A DNA stretch of 64,000 bases from Azolla caroliniana. Lineage: Eukaryota > Plantae > Polypodiophyta. The notes beneath the pieces are model-generated. The model worked only from the letters and a program-made list of their open reading frames with translations, had not been told where the DNA came from and searched no databases. Below are positions 45,701 through 60,100 of the stretch, one piece after another. Position 1 is the stretch's first letter, and every line of letters begins with the position of its first letter. The DNA is taken from assembly GCA_043228905.1 (NCBI GenBank), contig JBHGNT010000008.1, positions 6,758,001 through 6,822,000 on the forward strand, in the 5' to 3' direction. A program made the translations under genes and the position numbers.

Positions 45701-48700
45701 TAGGGCTTGTATAAAAGGTGTTCACTCAACACGAAGTATACACACAGAGGAACACAGAGACTCATTTTTTGAATCTGAGTTTTACGTTCTACTCTACTCT
45801 ACTCTCTGTCTCTGTCTCTCTCTTCTGCATACATTGTGTTGTATTCAAGCTTCCATTAAACCTCTTGTGTTCATATGGTTGTGTCTGTTACTCTTCCGCA
45901 CACATCATTCTTTTACATGGTATCAGAGCGCGAGGGTTGAAGTCCTCTGCTGCCGACAGATAGACAAACATCACCGTGACAACTAAAGGGAAACAAGGAT
46001 GGATAGAGGCATGGCTAGCTCGCTTCCTATAGAGAAGCTCGACATAAGCAACTATGCATCTTGGTCGTACAAGATGCACTAGTACCTGATTGGGCACGAC
46101 TGTTGGAGTTATGTCGATGGAGCTAACGACACAACACCCGAATCGACACACAGAGATTTCCCGACCTGGGAACAAGCGACAAGCAGAGTTCTATACTGCC
46201 TTGCCTCTTGTGTCAGCGATCAACTCTTGACCTATATTCGGGATGCCAAGATGCCAAAGGACGCATGGGCGAATCTCAAGAGGATTTTCGCCGTGAGCAC
46301 AACAGCCAGGAAGCTACAGCTCAGACAAGAGCTCAGCAATGTCCGACAGAAAGATCTGTTTGTGGACGATTACATGGCCCGAATCAAGGAAGTTTGCGAC
46401 TCCCTCGCCTCCGTCAATGTGAACATTGAGGAAGATGAGATGGTGCAGGTGTGCCTTGGAGGGCTAGCATCGAAGTTCAGAGCATTCCGAACCGTTGTCT
46501 GTACACGGGAGAATACGCTATCGTTCTTCATGCTTCAATCAATGTTGCTCGTAGAGGAAAACCACACGGGTGCGTCAACGAGTACGCACACCGACAACAA
46601 GATGATGTACACGGAGGAAGAGAGACCCCGTGGTGGTGGCGGACGAGCTGGATCGGTGCAAGGGAGGTGGCCGGAAAGAGCAGAACGTGCGGCATAATGA
46701 AAATGCCAGAGGTAGTTCCAAACCCTCTGGAAGTAGGGGGTGTCATGGTGGTGCTAGAAAGTGGCAAGAGAAGGCCATAGGGAGAGCGAGTGCTAGAAAA
46801 GAAGAGAGAATTCGGACAAAGCCAGACTGAGCGAAAGAGACGTAGGAAGGCATCAGAAATCGCACTACGCCGAGGGCTCCAAAAGAGCCAGAAATGGATC
46901 AGGCCCAACCTTCGTAATGAAGCACAAGGCCAATTCGATGGCCGTGAACACCTCGAAACCAAGTGAGGTGTGGTATGTTGATTCTGGAGTGTCAAATCAT
47001 ATGATGAGTCACGAGGAATGGTTTTCGTACTTGGAGAAACCGGAAAAGCAAGGAGTGGTCGAAATTGGAGACGACACTCCGCATACCATCGAACATGTCG
47101 ATGAAGTTCCCCTTAGCCATGTTGGGCAGAAAGGGAAACTCATGAACGTGTTTCACGTCTCAACAATAACCCATAACCTGGTGTCGGTCGGTCATATCGT
47201 CAACCAGGGGATGCAAGTTCGATTCACGCACTTCGGGTGCTATATCGAAGAGGAAGGATAAGTTATCGCGCAAGGGCGCTGTGAAGGGAGGATGTTTATC
47301 CTCGACACCAATCAAGCTGGAACCGTGTTGTTTGTGAAAGGACAAAAGGTCGAATAAGATATTGACCTGTGGCCTAAGCGGTTCAGCCATGTCAACTTTC
47401 TGCGGCTTCATGAAATGAAGATGAACAATATTGTGTTAGGATTGTCGAAATTTTGCGGTCGGAATGGTCAAGTCTGTGAAGCCTGTCAACTCGGGCAGTA
47501 GCACTGACTTTCGTTCCCCAATGAGCATAATCGGATTCAATATCTACTCGACGTAATCCATTCGAATGTGTGGGGACCGGCACAAACCGTGAGCATTGGA
47601 GGAAGCCGTTACTTCGTAAACTTCATCGATGACTTCACTTGGCACACCTGGGCGTGCTTGATTGCGAAAAAGAGCGAAGTCTTCGCGTTGTGCCTGAAGG
47701 TGAAGAGCCTTGCAGAAAGAGAAAGTGGGCGTAAGATCAAGTGCCTACGGTCCAATGGCGGGAAGGAGTATTTCTCCGACCAATTCACAAGTTATCTATA
47801 GAAGGTATGGATTCGATGCGAATTCTCGTGTAGATACACGCCGCAACAAAACGACATGACTGAGCGGAAGAATCGAATGATTGAAGAAGCTGCTAGGGCA
47901 ATGCTTGAAGTGAAGCATATGCCGAAATTTTACTGGGCTGAAGCCGTAAGGACGGCTATTTACTTGCAGAATCAGACTTTTGCCAATGGAGGAGTGCCGC
48001 CACATGAGCTGTATTTCAGCAAAAAACCGAACTTGGCGCACTTGAGGATTTTCGGTAGCATTGCATAAGGGCATGTGCCGAATGAGAAAAGAAGGAAGTT
48101 AGACGCGAACGCCGAAAAGTGCATTTTGGTTGGCTACTTAGACAAACATAAGGGTTATAAGTGTTATAACCCTCGAACCAAACAAGCTCGCGTAAGTCGT
48201 GACGTTGGGTTCAATGAGTCAGCGTTGTGGTACTTTCCGTCAACTTCAATCCCTGACGACTCCATTCTGAATTCTGAAGAAGAGGTTAGTGAGGCTGAGA
48301 TGCCTCCGCGTAATGAGGAAGTCGGAACTTTGAGACAGAGTCCGATCTCATTTCGGCTAAGTGGGCCGAATGAGCGACTGAGTCGGCATGACCAGTCAGG
48401 CGCAGAGCCGGTGAGTAGTGGAGACTTGGTCGTGCACTCCCCTCCCCACTTAAGGAACCAAAAAGACGGTTTATGCATAAAGAAAAAGGCAAGAAGAAGA
48501 TGTTGGAGTACGAGTTCGGTAGTGCCGAGTCAGATCAGAGCGAATCTGACTTGGGGACAATCGAAAAGGAACCTCCACGGAAGAGGTTGAAATTGGCCAA
48601 AGAGCCGTGAAATCGACTAATCATGAATTATGCCAATCTACCAGCCTAAAGAACCTCGTAAAGAGGTACAGGTATAATGAGTACGCAACAATTGCGTAGA

Positions 48701-50241
48701 ATGGGGTTTACGACGTCTAGATTGGACTCTTCATTGTTCATTCAGCAAGGTCAACATGGACTAGTTTGTCTTTTATTTTATGTTGATGATTTAGTCATCG
48801 CCAATGCTGACCTGGAAGAAATCGGCCGCGTAAAGTCTCGACTTGTGGCATCGTTCGAAATGAAGGATCTTTGCGACCTTCATTACTTCCTCGGGATCGA
48901 AGTGATCCGCACGCCCGAAGGCATATTGATCAGCCAACGTCATGACGCATTGAATATGCTCGTTAAGTTCGGGATGACAAATTGTAAGCCCATCTCATCC
49001 CCTCTAGATAGAAACGTAAAGCTTCGCCAAGATTCGGGAAACGCATGTGACCCGACATAGTTTCGACAGATTGTCGGAAGCCTAATCTACTTGACGATCA
49101 CTCGGCCGGATCTCAGTTATCCGGTCGTCTTTATCAGTCAATTTATGTTGCAACCCACGGACGAACACTTTCAGTGTGCACAAAGGATATTGTGATATGT
49201 CAGCGGCACTAAGGACATGGCGTTGCTATATCGGGGAGGCGTAGCCGAACAATTAGTTGGCTACACGGATGCCGATTGGGCCGGAAATGCCAACGATTGT
49301 AGATCCACATCCGGATACGCATTCTCAATGGGAAGTGTGGCGATCGCGTGGGGCAGCAAGAAGTAGCCAACAGTGGCATTGTAGAGCACAGAGTCCGAAT
49401 ATCAAGGGGCGACTTTCCTACGTGCGAAGTCATTTGGCTAAAACGGCTATTACGGGAACTACATCTGGAGGTGTCCACTTCTACGCCGATCTATTGTGAC
49501 AGCCTTAGTAGCATTCAACTTGCGAAAAACCTCGTATTCCACGCTCCAACCAAGCACATTTAGGTGCATTACCAATTTGTCTACGAGCGAGTCCTTTCCA
49601 GTGAAGTCAAACTAGGGTATGTTTCGACGGGTCGGAAGACTGCCGACATCTTCACCAAACCCCTGGGTCTCGACAAGTTACGGCAATTCTCGGGTGCGCT
49701 TGGGTTGCGTCACCTCGACACGCCGAATTTGAGGGGGAGACAAGAATCTGAGCATGAAAGAAGTGGAAGTGACCGCGATGCCGAGTCGGATGAAGAATTC
49801 GATTTCGAGTCGGCTAAAGAAGCCGAAGGAGGAAACTAGGGCCGTAATCACAAGAAAGAGCCAAATATAGCCGAACAAGAGGGAGATACAGCCAAGACGT
49901 GGTCTAACGTTGTCAAGGGCCTGAAGACCGTAGACGAATTGGAGATAACCAATTCGGGCGTGAGCGGAAATGAGTTGGTAGTGATTGATTTAATCGAAAT
50001 GTTCGATTTGGACATGCCAAATCAACTGAGGGCCAAGCGGAGGAAGGGGCAGCGGAAGAGGCGCCAATACCGCGACAACAAGGGAGCTGAGAAGGGCCAC
50101 ACGCGCAGACAAGCTGACCGAAAGGGTCGAGGTGCGCAAAATCGAATGGGTCGAGGAGTGTGAGCAAGGCGTAAAGCCTAGGGAAGCCGGAGCAAAGATC
50201 CGGAAGAGCAGATGGAACCTCATGTTGAGCTTGAGGGGGAG

Positions 50242-50543
50242 TGTTGAGATACAAGCTCAACATTGGGTGTGTAACCTAGTGCGTAGATTGGGTGTGTAAA
50301 ACCGTACGCACAACATGGCCGTAGCATTGCGTAAACCGAGAGGTCGTTAGAAGGTTATTCCTCGCAAGGAATAATTTTGGGAGTTAGTGTAGAAGGCCCA
50401 TTTATGATCAGTCAAGTATTGTCAATACTTGTGTTAGCCCAATAGTCAGGGCTTGTATAAAAGGTGCTCAATGAGCACGAAGTATACACATAGAGGAACA
50501 TAGAGAGTAATTTTTTAATCCGAGTTTTACGTTCTACTCTACC

Positions 50544-50591
<48 letters not shown>

Positions 50592-50712
50592 TCTCTCTCT
50601 CTGTCACTCTCTCTCTCTTCTGCATATGTTGTGTCGTATTCAAGCTTCCATTAAACCTCTTGTGTTCATACGCTTGTGTCTGTTACACTTCCGCACACGC
50701 CATTCTTTTACA
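50242..50712 (+). repeat. 3' LTR of I
   Basis: Colinear with 45085-45305 plus 45705-45917. Confidence 0.9.
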
Positions 50713-50805
50713 TCATATCATAGATCTTGTTGTTAGCTATAGCGTGTCAAATTTGAACATCATATGACCAAGTAATGGCTAAAATAATCTTGAAGAAGAA
50801 AAAAC

Positions 50806-50845
<40 letters not shown>

Positions 50846-51899
50846 TAAATGAGAGTAGTGTCTCCATAAGCAAGATAGTTATTATTTTATTATTATTATT
50901 ATTTGACTTAATTTCTTGACTTATTAGTTTTCACATTTATGACCTTTCCGTTTACTCAACATGCTACAGAAAAGATGAGAGGCTTGTCTTTCAGCAAGGG
51001 CTAAAACCCTCTAATAAGGAAAAAGGAACTATTGAGGTTCGAGATCCTCAAAAAGCCAATGCCAACTCCTCGAGTGATTCTAAGAGCCATGCCTGTTATA
51101 AAGAAGGCTTGACGCGTGACTTGATGCAAAAAAGCACCACAAACTGGGATTCAAACAAACCATAGGTAATCATAAAAAGCAAGTGTTTTTTTATATCATA
51201 CACTTCAAGGAGATTATTTTCATTTTCACCCAAGAATAGTACTCTATACATTTTTTTAATCAATTATTACTACCAACTCACATTTTTTGCAATCCCCTTC
51301 AATTACGATAATTACTATTTTTAAGGCTTAATGTAGATGTTTGATTATTTGTCATTTTATTTGTGTAATTTTGCTCCAAACTTAAATCCTTACATGGAGG
51401 ATTCATAACCACTTGTTTCTATACAAAAGGAATAAAGATACATATCTTGGGAAATTTTAATCTAATTGTTGTGATCATCTATAATTATTTTGGTATTGTC
51501 TTGATTCAAAATGAAAAATTTTGAGTTTCCTCACATCAAATAAAATCTCTATCTTGAAATTTCAGGATTTAGATTGTGTTTGTAAGATTTCTAAAACTCG
51601 GGAGCTATATATTAACTATGTGGTTAGCGAAGGTCGAAAGACCATTTCAATGGGACATAGATATATGACGGATTACTGTCTATGAAAAACTAGCACCTAA
51701 TCTTAGGTCAATGACGACCAAGGGTTGGGCTCGAGGGAACCACTATAGACGGCATCTTCGTGAAAATATTGTTGGATCTGCGGCCTTGATTCCGTAGTAT
51801 CATGCCGCAAAGAAAGCATAGCGGGATCTCTCGCCAGCCCTGCCCCATATGCCCCTTTTGATATTTGAAATTGATAGGAAATACTAAACAAAATCAGAA

Positions 51900-52330
51900 A
51901 ATTTGCGTGTCTTTGCTAGCACTTGCCACCTTCTATACGAAACTTTTGAAATGTATTTTTGATGGTGTTGTAGAGGAGGTTCCCTCATATGCTCTTCCAG
52001 ATGACAAAGTCATGCAAGAATGCAAAAACAAAAGTCATACAAAATAGTTGTATGATGAGGAATGTCGTGATGCAAAGAGATCCTCATAGTGCAAAGTAAC
52101 TTGGGGCATTTATAGACACAAACAAGCAAGAGCAATCCCAACACATCGTGAGTAAGAAGTGATTGTATTTAGTTAAATTTGAAGGTCATCTATATCACTT
52201 GATTCTAGGACGACAAAGTAAAAGAGAATGCAAAATGTTTACTAAGAAGCAACCTACCACACAACTAACCTCACAAACGAACGATGATGCTACTCATACA
52301 TCTTTGATTACCAAAATACTCATCAAAGAA
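51900..52330 (+). mobile_element. Degenerate LINE ORF2 relic
   Basis: YDEECRDAKR motif at ~52050, typical of the region between endonuclease and RT. Confidence 0.4.
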
Positions 52331-52399
52331 ATGGGAATTCTCCTATGATAAGATCTTTTTTCAAATCCTTAGGATGGCTATATCTAGTTGGTAATTGTT

Positions 52400-52577
52400 C
52401 CTTGGATATAGTTTTCTCTTCAATGCATAAGTTATCATCCTCCATCTTGTGTTTTTTTTTTTTTTTTTGTCTTATTCCTTCTCTTGCTCATACACCCACT
52501 CTCACATATGGAACTTACGCTTTCACACACTCCAAAACAAACTACAAGGGTTAGCATTCTTTACATGGTATCAAAGC
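52400..52577 (+). mobile_element. Relic LTR end with tRNA-iMet PBS
   Basis: ...ttctttaca followed by tggtatcaaagc (52566-52577); no recognisable gag follows. Confidence 0.45.
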
Positions 52578-54009
52578 ACCAAGTAATACCATTGAAGTTG
52601 CGTGAGTAGTTGGAGACATCGACTAGTTGTTGTTCTTGCGTTGTGATTACACAACAAGAAGTGTATGTCAAAAGCATATTACAAATTTAGATATATCAAC
52701 AATATGAATGCACATATGGATAGCACGCTTCTAACAAACAAATAGGACAAGCACACCAATGTTAAGTATCCAGCATTTGGTACACTCGTAGTAGAGACCA
52801 TGGCACCAACGAAGGACAATGAGCTCAACTAACCATAGGAAAAGACCGATAGAACAAACTAAATAAGAAGTAATGTAAGTCCATGGGCAACCTTGTGTGA
52901 AAGGGGAACACTTACCAGGCTTGTAAAAATCTTCAAAAGCCACCCTTTGGTGTTTTTGGTAGCTCTTCTCCATTGTTAGGATTTCTCCTTTCATTAGTGG
53001 AGTAGAACTCTTCCTCTATCTCCATAACCCTTCATTAGCGCTAAGAGATTAGGGTAAAGAGCTAAGTAAGACAAACCCTAATCGCTCCCTCGTGTACTAT
53101 GATGCTAAACCTCTTTATAACAAGGAGTGTGGTTAATAATAAATTATTTTCTTTATCGTCACCTTCTTGTCTATGTGCCAAAGAGAGTAAAGCAAGAGAG
53201 AAAGAGAGAGTACTAATCCTTAAAGCTAAGTGAGTTAGTAGCTCGGATGTGTTTGACAACCACTTCTCCCCTATTTTCCACCAAGAGGGAATATATCAAT
53301 TTGAACCCAAAGCTAACGATATCAATGGGAGGTAAAACTCTATCGATTTATAGAGGTATTTTTGTGAGGTGCACAAAACTGACAAATCTATTTGGTGACA
53401 TTATTGAGGAGTCGATTGACACTTGGCACTATCACAGAGCTTTACATAAGCTCATGGGGCAAGCTACTTAGCAAAGAAGATAGCAAGAAAGGGAGAAGCC
53501 GAGTGTTTTATTTATTTGTTAAGCTAAAATAATTATTTAAACCTATTTTATATGTACCCCCATTTTCCCTTTCCACTCCATTAATTGCTCGGTGGTTAGC
53601 TCGCACACCGTCCAGTTTCATGAAGTTTTTTGTCAGGTACTCCTTTTAGCTTTTAGGTTAAGACAAAGTGTGGTTAGTGCTAATAAATCAGCATAAACTT
53701 GAATCCAAATTTCCCCCACATTTCCTTGATCGGCACAATCTTCAAAACTTTGGCGCCCAAAAGCTCAAAGTTGTAATAGTCACAAGAGCTCATCAAGCCT
53801 TTGAGTTGTCACGAACCTTCAAGTCGTCCACAGTTTTTGACTCTTGGCCAACCGTCGAGTCCCTATCAACAAAGATTGGCAATGTCACACCCCACCACAC
53901 ATTGAGATGGCTTGAGTAGATGCAAATGTAGAGGCCACTACATCCAACCCGACACAATACTATGCAGGGTATTATCAATTATGCTAGAGAATATATTTAC
54001 ATAAGGGTA

Positions 54010-54570
54010 GCACATATATATACATTCGTACATACATACATACATTCATTCATATACATGCACGCATGCATATATACCTACATTCAAACATAACATCCAT
54101 GAATATGTATATACATACATTACACCCATTTATACATACATACAAACCAAACATAAACATATGTACAATATATATTACCATATGTAAATATGTACATACA
54201 CATACATAAATACATTACACACTACATATATAAATACATGGATATATATATAAATGCTACAGATATATTAGAATCAGCCATATATATTGACATACATAAA
54301 CATACATAAAAATTGCAGATTACATATATACATACACATTCTTACAAACATATTTTATATACTACATATTACACATATATTATTATACACACAATTATAT
54401 ACAAATACATATATACTTACCAAACATAAAAAATATACATAAATAAATCAATTACATATTATATATACATACACATACACATTAATACATAAGATTACAT
54501 ATTATATGTATTACAAATCTACATACATACAAACAAGTCCATAAATTACATACATAACATGTATGTAATA
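54010..54570. repeat. Degenerate TACA/TA low-complexity tract
   Basis: Dense tacata/acat units. Confidence 0.85.
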
Positions 54571-55280
54571 CAAAATGCAAGACCCGTGTGGTGCTTAGTA
54601 CCACCAGTATGGTTGTTCTCACTACCAATTCCCTAACTAGGTTATTGAGTGGTGGAGTGTTAATATTATCTATCCTTTAGGGATGGGGACCCATAGAAGA
54701 ATGCAACATACCAAAGGAAGCTTGACGGTAGGTCAACATTCTTGTAACTATTGTTTATAACTAATGAAAGGATATTTTCATGGGAAAAAAAAGAAGTACA
54801 TATATTACATACATATATGCATATGCTCAAGGATTATTTAAGTGGAGGGGATAGGCGGCCGGCATCGGAGCAGTGAATCAGAGGAGCAGCAACGTCAGAG
54901 CAAGCAGTAGAGGCCGGCATCAGAGCAGCAGCTTCGGAGCAGGTAGCGGGCCGACATCGGAGCAGTGGAGGCAACGGCCTCCAGGGAAGAGTGCAGTAGG
55001 CATCGACGCAGCAGAGACAACGGCCTCCGGGGAAGAGTGCAGCAGCAAGACGACCTCTCCTCTCATTCAAAGTTAGCGGCCACTTCAATAGCAGGAGCTG
55101 GCTGAATCGTGCAAAGTGCAGGAGTTGGAGTTTATTTGCGCAGTGCTCTCCGAAGGGTGGGCGTCGCCACAACGCCCCCCCCCCCCCCCTCGCCGCCGCC
55201 GCCGTCTCTGAGCAGAGGCGCTTTAGGGTTAGGTTCACAGGTTCGAGGATTCGAGGAGAGCGTTTGAGGAGTGCCCCCCC

Positions 55281-55440
55281 CTCCAAACCCACAGTTCGAA
55301 GAGTGGGCCCCCCATAGTTCGAAGAGTGGGCCCCTCTAAGCCCACAGTTCGAAGAGTGGGCCTCCCCAAACCACACACTTCGAAGAGTGGCCCCCTCCAA
55401 ACCCATAGTTCGAAGAGTGGGCCTCCCTCCAAAACCATAC
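55281..55440. repeat. ~30-bp tandem repeat with GTGGGCC cores upstream of LINE ORF1
   Basis: (g/c)ttcgaagagtgg units at 55294, 55317, 55347, 55378 and 55408. Confidence 0.85.
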
Positions 55441-57040
55441 CCCCCCCAAAATAAAATAAAATAAAATATTATTCTTATTAAAATAAATAATAAATAAAGT
55501 GAATTTATAAATAAAAAAACTAATAAATAAATAAATTTAATTTAAAAAAATTATTATTATTAAAATAAATAATAAATAAAGTACATCTATCAAATTATTA
55601 AAATCTCAAATTTTATATTTATACTTAAAAAAAAAAGGACAAAAGAAGAAAGAAAACGAAACACGTCAAAAAGGGAAGGGGGGTAAAAACAAAAAACAAA
55701 ACTGTAGAGTGCAATGGTGGGAGAAACGGAGCTTCCAGCAGAACCCACTGTACTACAGGAAGAAGACGGAACAAATCTTGACATCAGCTTGTTCCCAGAG
55801 GCCAATCGGCTCTTAGCGGAGGAAATCGAACGCCTACATCGTACTTCCTTTGTATGTAGGTTCCTTGCAGGTAGACCAAGTCGTGGCATGGTTCGGGACA
55901 TGCTCTAAGTGGTTGTGATGGAAACGATGCCCCCAATCAAGAGCGTCCGAGGTTTGGGGAAAACCTTCTTCCACATTGAATTGGGGGATGGCTCGCTGGC
56001 ACAACCATTGATAGAGCTCCAGGTACTTGAATTGAAGTACGGTAAGGTGTTGCTCCAACCGTGGTCACTAGGGTTCAACCCAATTGAGGAGGTGCAGAAA
56101 CTTAACAATCGTAGGGTGATCACCGCAACATTTCCTGGCCTCCCTCCCCACTTGTGTCATCTGCTTCCTTTTTTTGGCAAACAAATAGGGACGATTTGCC
56201 CTAACAAAATGTCCATGGCAGATACAGTAGTGGAGGTGTCCAAGCTACGCATCTTAATGCTTTCCCTCCATGGACTCCCTACTAGAATTAGGCTCTACTC
56301 TAAGGAGCTAGGTGTCACAATGGTGAATGTGGTATATGAGAGACTCCTTGGGCAGTGTTTCATCTGCAAACAAAAAGGGCACCTAGCTAAGGAATGTCCT
56401 CGTATGACTGGAAAGGGAAGCTCGAGCCCTTGAACCTCAAGGAAGGCCGAGCCACCCAAGGGCAATGAGGCTCCTTGGCACCCAGTTAAGAAGCAAGGGA
56501 AACTTCGAAGCCTAGGTGCATCCTCTCCCCCCCTCTTTCAAGATTGTCCCGTAGAAAGAAGTTCTCCTACCTTGTCACCAGCAAGTGTGGACGAACAACC
56601 CTCTAAACGGGTGAAGGTCTTCTCGAGGAGTGCGGAGGAGCACAACCTATAGGTAGGAACGTCCAATAGATTCACATTGCTCCAAGGGCTAGGGGATGGC
56701 GAACCAGAAGTGTTGGCAGCAATGATGTCCCCCTTCGAATCCTTGTCCCCCAAACTCATGTTCTCCACCCCGATGGAGATGCAACCACATTAGGTACCAT
56801 CCACCCCGGAGGAGATGTTGTCAAAAGGTCCCCGCAAGATGGAACCTGATTGTGGTGGTGACCTCAGATTAGGGAAGTCGTGGATCCGGATGGGCACGAT
56901 CAAGAGTAAAATAGGCAGCCCATCACCTGGTCTGGCGACGTCTCTCTGGGCTTGAGGGGTGTAGGATATGCAACCGCTTAGGAGCCAAGTTGTATCACGA
57001 GACCTATTTGGAGTGGGCCGGGAACGACAGGATGGGAATT

Positions 57041-57121
57041 TGAAAAAGATTATGTGCGGAAGCAATCGAAAACCGAACACAGAAAATGCACAGAAAAGAT
57101 TATGCACAGTACGCGGGAGAG

Positions 57122-57160
<39 letters not shown>

Positions 57161-60100
57161 ACACAGAACTAAATTCAAAACAATACTCAATCTGTACATA
57201 GGATGTGCTCAGTGAGCACTTTTATATAAGCCCTGACTATCAGGCTGACATAAGTACAGACAGTACTTGAATGCTCATAAATGAGCCTACTACACTAACT
57301 CCCAAAATTATTCCTTACGAGGAATAGCATACTAACGGCCTTCCGGTTTACGCACCGATACGACCACATTATGCGTACTATTTTACACACCCAATCTACG
57401 AACTGGGTTACGCACCGTATTACGCACTCAATGTTGAGCTTGTCACTCAACACTCCCCCTCAAGCTCAACTTGAGGTTCCACTTGCTCATCCCAATCTAT
57501 GCTCTGGTTCCTTCTGGCTTCACGCCTTGCTCGCGCTCCTCGAGCTGTTCGATTCTGCGCGCCTCGATCTTTCTGGTCGGCTTGTCTGCTCCCACATCCC
57601 TTCTCAGCTTCCTTGTTGTTGTGGTGTTGCCACCTTTTCGGCTTCCTTCTCTTTCGCTTGGCCCTTGGTTGATTGAGCGTATCCAAATCAAACATCCTAA
57701 CCGACTCGGCTTCCTCCGATCGATTTTTTCTCTCGTCCGAATTGGCTGTCTCCAACTCGTCTTCGGTCTTCTCGCCCTTGGTTGGCTTCGGCTCTTTCTT
57801 TCGACTGCTCCCCTTATGTCCGCTTTCTGAATCTTCTGTGGTTCCACCCTCGGCTTCTTCAGTCGATCCGAAATTGAATTCGTCATCCGACTCGGCATCA
57901 TGGTCTTCGTCTTTCGGGACTTCTCTCCCTCTTCTGTGGTCATTCGGGACGTCTCTCCCCCTCAAGTTTGGCACATCGAGGTGACGCAACCCAAGAGCAC
58001 CCAAGAATTCCCTCAACTTGTCCAGACCAAGAGGCTTGGTGAAGATGTCGGCGATCTGATGATCCGTCGGAACATACTGAAGTTTGACTTCACCGGAGAG
58101 GACATGCTCACGGACGAAATGGTAGTGCACCTCAATGTGCTTAGTTCGGGGGTGGAAGTCGGGGTTCTTTGCTAGCTGGATGCTGCTGAGGTTGACACAA
58201 CAGATTATCGTTGGATCGGGTACTTGCACCTGCAGATCCTTAAGTAGCCGCTTCAACCATATGGCTTCGCATGTCGCGACATCCGCTCCTCTATACTCGG
58301 CTTCGGTGCTCGACAGTGCAACTGTCGGCTGCTTCTTGCTACTCCACGCGATCGTGGCACTCCCAAGAGAGAACGTGAAACCGGACGTGGATCGGCAATC
58401 GCCGGCGTTTCCGGCCCAATCAGCATCGGTGTAACCGACCAACTACGCGGCAGTATCGGTTCGATATAGTAGCCCCCAATCCTTACTGCCATTGACGTAC
58501 TGGAGTACGCGTTGTGCGCACTGAAGGTGCTCTTCGGTTGGTTGCGCCATGAACTAACTAATCACCCCGACCGGGTACCTGAGATCTGGTCGGGTGATGG
58601 TCAAGTATATAAGACTTCCGAGGATCTTTCAGAACCTCGTCGGGTCGCATACCTTTCCGGACTCGAGGCGAAGCTTGATGGTTCTATCAAGAGGAGTCGA
58701 GATGGACCTATAGTCGGCCATCCCGAATTTGAAGAGCATACTCAACACCTAATGTCGTTGGCTGATCAGTATGCCTTCGGGGGTGTGGATCATTTCGATC
58801 CCGAGGAAGTAATGAAGGTCCCCCAGATCCTTCATGTCGAATGATGCCGCAAGCTGGATCTTCACGCGGTCAATCTCACCTAGGTCGGCGCCAATGATGA
58901 CCAAGTCATCAACATAAAGTAAAATGCTAACCGGCCCAAGTCGATCTTTCTGGATGAACAATGAGGAGTCTGATCTTGACGTTACAAAGCCCATCTGACG
59001 CAATCATTGCATGATCTTCACGTTCCAAGGCCACAAGGCTTGCTTTAGTCCGTAAAGGGACTTCTTCAATCGGCACACCGCCAAAGTGTTCGTTCCGGAG
59101 TGAAATCTGGGGGGTTGTATCATGTACACCTGTTCCTCAAGCTCACCTTACAGGAACACATTCTTTACATCCATCTGATGTAAGTGCCACCCCTTCGCCG
59201 TAGCTACCGCGAGCAAAATAAGGACGGTCGTCATCTTCGCGACCGGTGCGAATGTCTCATCGTAGTTGATGCCGTTTTTCTGCGCATAACCTTCTGCTAC
59301 TAACCGGGCATTGTATCGGTTGACCGAGCCGTCAGTGTTGTACTTGACCTTATACACCCACCTACATCGAATCGACTTCACACCTTTCGGTGCGTCAACT
59401 AGGTCCCAGGTTTCATTTTCCGCCAATGCGTGCATCTCTTCCTCCATTGCGGCTTGCCAATTTGCGTCCTTCGCCGCTTCTACATAGGTCTCCGGCTCAC
59501 GCACTTCCGCTACACGTGTCATGTACGCATAGTGATGTGCCATGTACTCGTTGTAACTGAACCGCACAATAGGGTTCTTCTGGCAGGTAGATCGGCGCAA
59601 TTGCTCATTAGCCGATGTTGAGGCTATCTTAGCCGATGCGGACTTCGCACCTCAGGGTCGGACTCACATCGATTCGACTCGTTCTTATCCGAGCTGTAAT
59701 CTGACACCCTTTTCTTCCCATTTTCCTTGCGCGTAAGCCGTCTCCTCGGCTTCCTGCACAGGGAATGCACGGCCGAGTCTCCACTACTCGCCGGTTCTTC
59801 ATCGGATTGGTCAAACCGACTCGGTCGTCCATTCGGTCTGCTTAATTGAAACAAATCGGACTCTCTCCACCGGTCCCGATTTCTGGCTCATCCTGAGGCA
59901 TCTCGAACTCGCTGACCTCATCATCGAAACTCGGATTGGAGATGAGGCCCGGAGTCGGAGGTAAGTACCAGGACGCAAACTCATCAAACACAATGTCGCG
60001 GTTCACGTGCGCTTGTTTGGTGCGTGGGTTATAACACTTATAACCCTTCTGCTTGTCCGAATAGCTGACCAAGATACACTTCTCGGCTTTCGCGTCCAGC

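Larger units (their letters stand above)
45085..50712 (+). mobile_element. Ty1/Copia element I (F/N family), decayed, RT N-terminus deleted
   Basis: 5' LTR 45085-45917 (split by L), PBS 45918-45929, gag from 45999, WYVDSG, integrase, FYVDDL, RH, PPT gagggggag 50233-50241, 3' LTR 50242-50712; TSD not clean. Confidence 0.92.

Noticed and set aside
52730-53980. Short minus-strand ORFs, possibly LINE remnants
   Set aside because: No diagnostic motif could be recognised.
54834-55438. ORFs 54834..55406 and 55235..55438 as proteins
   Set aside because: Produced by GC-rich tandem repeats; repetitive peptide with no domain.
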